Below are positions 56,133 to 64,000 of a stretch of 64,000 bases of DNA, one piece after another. The stretch spans positions 13,826,001-13,890,000 of the forward strand of contig OZ024757.1 of NCBI GenBank assembly GCA_964016885.1, written 5' to 3'. The DNA comes from Eledone cirrhosa. Lineage: Eukaryota. The notes under the pieces are model-generated. The model searched no databases and had not been told where the DNA came from. It saw nothing but the letters and a program-made list of their open reading frames with translations. The position numbers were made by a program, and so were the translations under genes. The stretch's first letter is position 1. The number at the start of each line of letters is the position of its first letter.

Positions 56133-56391
56133 AATGTCTAATGGCTGTCTACATGTTTATTTTATTTTAAAATATAGTGAATGATTTGAGTGATATATGA
56201 CATATTTCTAACAAGACAAATGACCACATTGTTGTTGTTTAGCCCTAGGTCAAACCTTGTTGACTAATGCTCCAACTGCGACCATTCTCGTTATTAACCC
56301 TTTAGCATTTACATACCTTGACTAAGTAGATGGTTAAAATTCAGTCATGGCAGTAACCATTTACTTAGTCAAGGTATGTCATGCATCATCT

Positions 56392-56458
56392 TATTTTATC
56401 TGATGAGGACCTACTGTTGAAGATAGCTCAGTACCTCTGAAATATGTATAATAAAATA
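56392..56458 (+). ncRNA. Minimal type-I hammerhead ribozyme motif
   Basis: TATTTTAT-CTGATGA-[gga..tactg/cagta..tct]-GAAA-TATGTA-TA-ATAAAATA. Preceded by an inverted repeat at 56311-56379. Confidence 0.78.
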
Positions 56459-56929
56459 TACTTGATCACACGAATGTCTATATTTGTTAATATTTTGAAT
56501 TAATATTAATAACTCCGGAAAACCATTGCTGTGGAGTGCTTCTAATCTATTGTAAAACATTATTCATTGATTTATTCATTGAACCTTGTTTAACCTTTAA
56601 ATATATATATATATATATATATATACATCTGAGTTGACATTGCACTCAGTGCTCCTTTGGGAGCCCCTACATGGACACACTAGAAGAGGTTAACGTATGT
56701 TGATGCCCTAAGGACAGACACTGGTCTGTTGGAGACGCAGGACATAGCAGCGATAATGAGGGACAGAGACCGCTGGAGAGAACTCATCCATGGATCTCGG
56801 GAATTTTACCCGCCTTAGATAGATAGATATATATACATATATTCACTTACACATCATCATCATCTCTCTTTAATGTCGACGCTTGCATGGGTTAGATGGA
56901 TTGTCACATTATGAGACTAGGATATGTAT

Positions 56930-56967
<38 letters not shown>

Positions 56968-57955
56968 ATGTATGTATGTGTATATATCATCATCACCGTT
57001 TTACGTCCGTTCTTCCACGCTAGCATGGGTTAGACAGGTTGTCCTGTTGTGGGCAGTGTCTGGTCGGCTGACCATGCCTTGCTCATACAGGAACTGATCT
57101 GGCTTGATTTCTACAGCTGGATGCCCTTCCTAACACCAACCTCATTTACAGTGAGTGCTGGGTGCTTTTTTGTGGCGCCTACACGTCCACTTTACAGTGT
57201 GGGCTGGGTGCTTTTTTGCCGTGGCACCTCCACGACCACCTTGCGGTGGGGGGTGTGGGGGCATATGTATGTGTATATATGTATGTATATATATGTGTGT
57301 GTGTGTGTGTATGTGTATGTGTGTATGTATATGTATGTGTGTATATGTGTGTGTGTGTGTGTATGTGTGTATGTATATGTGTGTATATGTGTGTGTGTGT
57401 GTATGTATATGTGTGTGTGTGTGTATGTATATGTGTGTGTGTATATATGTGTGTGTATGTATATGTGTATATATATATGTGTGTGTATGTATATGTGTAT
57501 ATATATATATGTGTGTGTATGTATATGTGTTTATATATATATATGTGTGTGTATGTATATGTGTTTATATATATATATGTGTGTGTATGTATATGTGTTT
57601 ATATATATATATGTGTGTGTATGTATATGTGTTTATATATATATATGTGTGTGTATGTATATGTGTTTATATATATATATGTGTGTGTATGTATATGTGT
57701 ATATGTATAAAGAGTGGTGTGCTCATGAGCAAAGTTGCTATAAAATAGGGTGTAGACCCTTAGAGATGGAAAAAGAAGTTGCCATTGGCTGATATGTGTG
57801 TATACATATATACATATATACATATATACATATTGTCATTTTGCAAAAAAAAACACAGTAGTGTTGATCATATATTTTTTAAAATTATAATGTAATGCTC
57901 AGAAGTATTTTCTTAGAGCTTAATATTTGTAACTGACTACTAAATTGAAATATAT

Positions 57956-58000
<45 letters not shown>

Positions 58001-58214
58001 GGAGGTGAGTTTTATTGTAGTACAATAAATATACAATAATTATACTCCTCTCCCTCCACTTTTTACTCTCATCTCCTCCTCTTTTTCATCATTTCCACCC
58101 CACCCCCCTCAATTTTTTCCCCAATATCATACATCAATCTAAAACTACTTTTCATATGTTGATTTAAAACTGCACTATTCACAAGTGTTTTTTAACCTTC
58201 ATATCATGTCTCCC

Positions 58215-58285
58215 TATTTTATCTGACGAAAACGCAAATGTTATCACATGATGATATTTGTTTTTGAAATGCGCATAATAAAATA
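58215..58285 (+). ncRNA. Minimal type-I hammerhead ribozyme motif
   Basis: TATTTTAT-CTGACGA-[aaa-c-gcaaatgttatc-acat-gatgatatttgt-t-ttt]-GAAA-TGCGCA-TA-ATAAAATA. Confidence 0.82.
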
Positions 58286-58313
58286 CATGGAACTCTTTTA
58301 ACCATCTTTTGAT

Positions 58314-58388
<75 letters not shown>

Positions 58389-58482
58389 GTTCAAATTTAA
58401 AAAATCTGGACTTAATTAAATTATTTATTTCATGAGGAAACAACTGAATCTGTGTCCATTCTATTTGATAAGCTCACTCCAC

Positions 58483-58525
<43 letters not shown>

Positions 58526-58580
58526 GGATCTTTGTATGTATATTTATATATCCATATATATATATGAAGGATGTATGTAT

Positions 58581-58625
<45 letters not shown>

Positions 58626-58805
58626 GGATCTATGTATGTTATGTATATAAATATATATATGAAGGATCTATGTATGTATATGCGTATGTATATATATACA
58701 TATAAATATGAAGGATCTATGTATGTGTATATATATATATATATATATGGAGGATCTATGTATGTATATGCGTATATATATTTATATATATATAGGAAGG
58801 ATCTA

Positions 58806-58852
<47 letters not shown>

Positions 58853-58854
<2 letters not shown>

Positions 58855-59200
58855 AGACACATGGCTTAGTGGTTAGAGCATTGGCCCTGCAATCGAAAGG
58901 TTGTGAGTTCAATTCTCAGACCGGGTGATGTGTTGTTTCCTTGAGCAAGACACTTTATTTCACATTGCTCCAGTTTACTCAGCTGTAGAAATGAGATGAT
59001 AGGGACTGGGGTCTATATCATTCCACTGCAAAGTGGTCGTGGAGGTGCCACGGCAAAAAACCACCCAGCACTCACTGTAAATGAGGTTGGTGTTAGGAAG
59101 GGCATCCAGCTGTAGAAATCAAGCCAGAATCAGTTCCCGTCCCACCCTTGCAAGCAGGGAAAAGTGGACGTGAAATGAAATGAAATGATGATGATGATGA
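58853..59200 (+). mobile_element. tRNA-headed CORE-type SINE family B with RTE-derived tail
   Basis: A box tggcttagtgg, B box gagttcaattc, CORE-like tccttgagcaagacactt, and a tail shared with RTE fragments ending (atg)n. Other copies: 60137-60470(+), 23456-23798(-), 18080-18395(-), 34341-34685(-), 37768-38070(+), 13263-13430(+), 63925-64000 (partial). Confidence 0.85.
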
Positions 59201-60006
59201 TATATACATACACACACACACTCATATATATTTAGACATATCTCTTGTTGTCAACACTCACAAATGCTTCCAATTGTTGTTGCTATTGTTGTAAACCACT
59301 CCCTCTCTCTTTCTGTCTCTCTTACCATCTTTCTCTCTCTCTCTCTCCAAAGATTTTCAATCTGATATAATTTTAAAGAAATATTTTTATTAAAAATTCC
59401 TTTCAATGAAGTGTACTTGGTTTTTATTGGCATAGAGTTGTGTTTGGTGGGAAAGTAAGAACATACTACCCTCCACCCTGCTGCCCTGTCTTCCACCACC
59501 TTGCCTGACCCCTTTTCCTTCCAATATACTGTTACAATCCACCCTTAACGCACCCCCACTCAGTTTGACCCCCCCCCCCCCCCCATGCCTGACCCCCTAA
59601 AACCACCCCGCCCGGCCCCCCGTTTCCCACCCCTTTTGCTTCCAATACACTGCTACAACCTACCCTCAACCCACCACCACTCTGCCTTACCCCCCCCTGC
59701 CGTTTCCCACCCCTTTTCCTTCCTATACACCGCTAAACCTACCCATAACCCACCTCCACTCAGTCTGTCCACAGTCACTGATTGCTTTCGGATGTTTCAA
59801 ACTTAACACCCCACCCTCCACCACCACATATCTGAGACCTAGGGAGTTCCAGTGGTGGTGCTGGGGCAGGGCTAGGAGACCAACCATTCTGTTCTAACAC
59901 TTCTTCGATATATCTGAGAATTGGGTGAGGGTAAGGCAGCCCAGTTTCTCTCTCTCTGGTGTGGGGTTACTTGATCAATTTCATAAAGTAACATGTATAC
60001 ACACTC

Positions 60007-60045
<39 letters not shown>

Positions 60046-61559
60046 GTAGATACATAGATCTATATAGGGGATATGTAGATAGACAGATCTCTCTCTCTAT
60101 CTACATATACATACATGTATATATATATATGTATATGGAGGCACATGGCTTAGTGGTTAGAGCATTGACCTTGCAATCGAAAGGTTGTGAGTTCAATTCT
60201 CAGACCGGGTGATGTGTTGTTTCCTTGAGCAAGACACTTTATTTCACATTGCTCCAGTTTACTCAGCTGTAGAAATGAGATGATAGGGACTGGGGTCCCT
60301 ATCATTCCACTGCAAAGTGGTCGTGGAGGTGCCACGACAAAAAAGCACCCAGCACTCACTGTAAATGAGGTTGGTGTTAGGAAGGGCATCCAGCTGTAGA
60401 AATCAAGCCAGAATCAGTTCCCGTCCCACCCTTGCAAGCAGGGAAAAGTGGACATGAAATGATGATGAATGATTATATATAGATAGATAAATCTATATAG
60501 ATCTCTCTCTCTATCTATCTCTACCCCCTCTCTCACCCCTCTCTCTCTGTATATGTATTCAATTAGGTGTATCTGCCTTAGCTACGCCATATCATTCTAT
60601 GTTGTAAGATGTGACTATAAGAGCAATCAGCTGTAATTCCTTGTCATATAAGTAGTGTGATGAATCTAGATATTGGTTGAACCCATCGTGAAAATCATCG
60701 CCCTACTGGCCTCCTTTGGTGTGTGTGAGGGGCACTGGGGTGACTGTAGGTCAGACTGTTTTCCTCTCTCTGGTGCAGGGTTACTAGATCAATTTCAAAA
60801 ATAAAATACATAAAATGTACCATGAACTGTTCAATAATGTAGGCCAAAGTAAAAACATTGCCAGTGAATCAAATATCATTATCATTATCACCACCATCGC
60901 CATCATCATCATCACAACCATCATCACCACCATCATCATCACCACCACTACCATCATCACCACCACCATCACCATCATCACCACCACCATCACCACCACC
61001 ATCACCACCATCACCACCACAATCACCACCATCATCACCACCACCACCATCACCATCACACCATTATCATCACCATCACCACCACATCATCATCATCACC
61101 AGCACAATCACCACCATCAACACCACCATCATCACCACCACCATCGTCACCACCACCATCGTCACCGCCACCGCCACCACCACCACCATCATCACCACCA
61201 TCATCACCACCACCATCGCCACCATCACCATCACCACCACCATCATCACCACCATCATCATCATCACCACCATCATCTTCCAGAGAGAGAGGGAGAATCG
61301 ACACCAGTATTAGACTAGCATTTATTGACCTTGAAAGGATGAGAGGCAAAGTTGACCTCAGCGGGATTTGAACTCCGAGAGCAGAGAGACGGGATGAATA
61401 CCATACAGCACCTCTATCTCATGTCATAACGACTCTGCCTATTCAATGTCTCTTATAGTGTATAGGGATAGGTATAGGTACAGTGTATAGGAATATATAT
61501 AGGTACAGTGTATAGGAATAGGTATAGGTACAGTGTATCGGAATAGGTATAGGTACAGC

Positions 61560-63410
61560 AATTGGTAACCATCTTGCCAACAACAACCCTGAATACCTTT
61601 TTGATTTCCATGTGTCTAACACACGTGGACATGCCCACAAAGTCAGAAAACAGTACAGCTCCCCTGACTTTCGGAAACACTTTTTCACGCTCAGAGTTGC
61701 TGAAGTATGGAACAAACTACCTGCATCAGTTGTTAGCTGTCGAGACACTGCATCCTTTAAAACCTCCATGGAACAAACTACCTGCATCAGTTGTTAGCTG
61801 TCGAGACACTGCATCCTTTAAAACCTCCATGGAACAAACTACCTGCATCAATTGTTAGCTGTCGAGACACTGCATCCTTTAAAACCTCCATGGAACAAAC
61901 TACCTGCATCAGTTGTTAGCTGTCGAGACACTGCATCCTTTAAAACCTCCATGGAACAAACTACCTGCATCAGTTGTTAGCTGTCGATACACTGCATCCT
62001 TTAAAACCTCCATGGAACAAACTACCTGCATCAATTGTTAGCTGTCGAGACACTGCATCCTTTAAAACCTCCATGGAACAAACTACCTGCATCAGTTGTT
62101 AGCTGTCGAGACACTGCATCCTTTAAAACCTCCATGGAACAAACTACCTGCATCAATTGTTAGCTGTCGAGACACTGCATCCTTTAAAACCTCCATGGAA
62201 CAAACTACCTGCATCAGTTGTTAGCTGTCAAGACACTGCATCCTTTAAAACCTCCATGGAACAAACTACCTGCATCAGTTGTTAGCTGTCGAGACACTGC
62301 ATCCTTTAAAACCTCCATGGAACAAACTACCTGCATCAATTGTTAGCTGTCGAGACACTGCATCCTTTAAAACCTCCATGGAACAAACTACCTGCATCAG
62401 TTGTTAGCTGTCGAGACACTGCATCCTTTAAAACCTCCATGGAACAAACTACCTGCATCAATTGTTATCTGTCGAGACACTGCATCCTTTAAAACCTCCA
62501 TGGAACAAACTACCTGCATCAGTTGTTAGCTGTCGAGACACTGCATCCTTTAAAACCTCCATGGAACAAACTACCTGCATCAGTTGTTAGCTGTCGAGAC
62601 ACTGCATCCTTTAAAACCTCCATGGAACAAACTACCTGCATCAGTTGTTAGCTGTCGAGACACTGCATCCTTTAAAACCTCCATGGAACAAACTACCTGC
62701 ATCAGTTGTTAGCTGTCGAGACACTGCATCCTTTAAAACCTCCATGGAACAAACTACCTGCATCAATTGTTAGCTGTCGAGACACTACATCCTTTAAAAC
62801 CTCCATGGAACAAACTACCTGCATCAGTTGTTAGCTGTCGAGACACTGCATCCTTTAAAACCTCCATGGAACAAACTACCTGCATCAGTTGTTAGCTGTC
62901 GAGACACTGCATCCTTTAAAACCTCCATGGAACAAACTACCTGCATCAGTTGTTAGCTGTTGAGACACTACATCCCTTAAAACCTCCATGGAACAAACTA
63001 CCTGCATCAGTTGTTAGCTGTCGAGACACTACATCCTTTAAAACCTCCATGGAACAAACTACCCGCATCAGTTGTTAGCTGTCGAGACACTGCATCCTTT
63101 AAAACCTCCATGGAACAAACTACCTGCATCGGTTGCTAGCTGTCGAGACACTGCATCCTTTAAAACCTCCATGGAACAAACTACCCGCATCAGTTGTTAG
63201 CTGTTGAGACACTGCATCCTTTAAAACCTCCATGCTTCCTGAGATTCACCAACACTATACCTAATGTTCCCCCTCCATACACATACACACATGTATATCA
63301 TGACTCATACACTATTCAATTCCCTGACATTTGTATATTATTCTATGTACTATACATGCACCTTTGACGAGTTGTAGTGCACCTGAGCACTTTACACAAT
63401 AATTTCATTA
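61560..63410 (+). mobile_element. CR1-type LINE 3' end containing an internally expanded tandem array
   Basis: Peptide NTRGHAHKVRKQ..RKHFFTLRVAEVWNKLPASVV..FK is the typical CR1 ORF2 C-terminus. The ORF end (MLPEIHQHYT*) and 3'UTR resume after the array. A related fragment lies on the minus strand at about 6683-6866. Confidence 0.75.
61707..63234 (+). repeat. 61-bp tandem repeat, 25 copies
   Basis: Unit atggaacaaactacctgcatcagttgttagctgtcgagacactgcatcctttaaaacctcc; copies nearly identical. Confidence 0.97.
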
Positions 63411-63619
63411 TGTTGTACCTATTCTAAACTGGATAAACATGGTAAAGAGGATGGTGTTAGGAAGGGCATCCAGCCATAGAAAGCTCTCCTAACAAGGGGT
63501 TAGGAAGAATTATGGTTTATATTTATTTCAGCATGAGTTTGGTGCAGATTTGTTTGCGCCCTAGTTAAGGTAATTTATAGTCTTAGTTGTGTATATGTAC
63601 AGATATCTATGTATAAGAT

Positions 63620-63770
<151 letters not shown>

Positions 63771-63885
63771 ACACATGAAGAATAATAATATAAAGGACAG
63801 TGTTAAATCTTCATTACGCTTATTGAGGGGTGACATTTATTGTTATGTGATTGATCAGCTAAATATATATATATATTTAGCTGAT

Positions 63886-63922
<37 letters not shown>

Positions 63923-64000
63923 CATGTGTTGTTTCCTTGAGCAAGACACTTTATTTCCCATTGCTCCAGTTTACTGTAGGGGCCACGGGAAAAAAAGCAC

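Noticed and set aside
61707-63234. CRISPR-like regular repeat
   Set aside because: Head-to-tail near-identical 61-mers with no unique spacers; eukaryotic context; derived from a CR1 LINE.
63850-63890. Small perfect palindrome attgatcagctaaa(ta)n tttagctgatcaat
   Set aside because: Short arms around a TA tract with no further structure; cannot be assigned to an element.

Overview
AT-rich, microsatellite-dense animal genomic DNA. The repeat landscape resembles an octopus/coleoid cephalopod (inference). The window lies inside one large + strand gene. Five short GT-AG exons (7778-7862, 21644-21783, 25705-25839, 27068-27266, 40834-40967) splice in frame and encode EGF repeats 1-6 of a Notch receptor. 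The signal-peptide exon and downstream exons were not found in the window. The introns hold a decayed R4/Dong-type RLE LINE sitting in (TAA)n, RTE and CR1 LINE fragments, two tRNA-derived SINE families, TTAA (piggyBac-type) MITEs, a non-autonomous Helitron, a CAC-ended TIR element, a solitary tRNA-like gene and several minisatellites. The most striking signal is a dense set of minimal type-I hammerhead ribozyme motifs (stem I-CUGANGA-stem II-GAAA-palindromic stem III-UH-stem I'). About 8 have intact cores and about 10 more are degenerate or halved. They sit in short (TA)n-flanked, often fold-back elements that look like Penelope-like pseudo-LTR remnants. Four such hairpin units are stacked at 38.1-39.7 kb, and one ribozyme is split by a Helitron. 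Nearly all ORFs in the supplied track are microsatellite artefacts.
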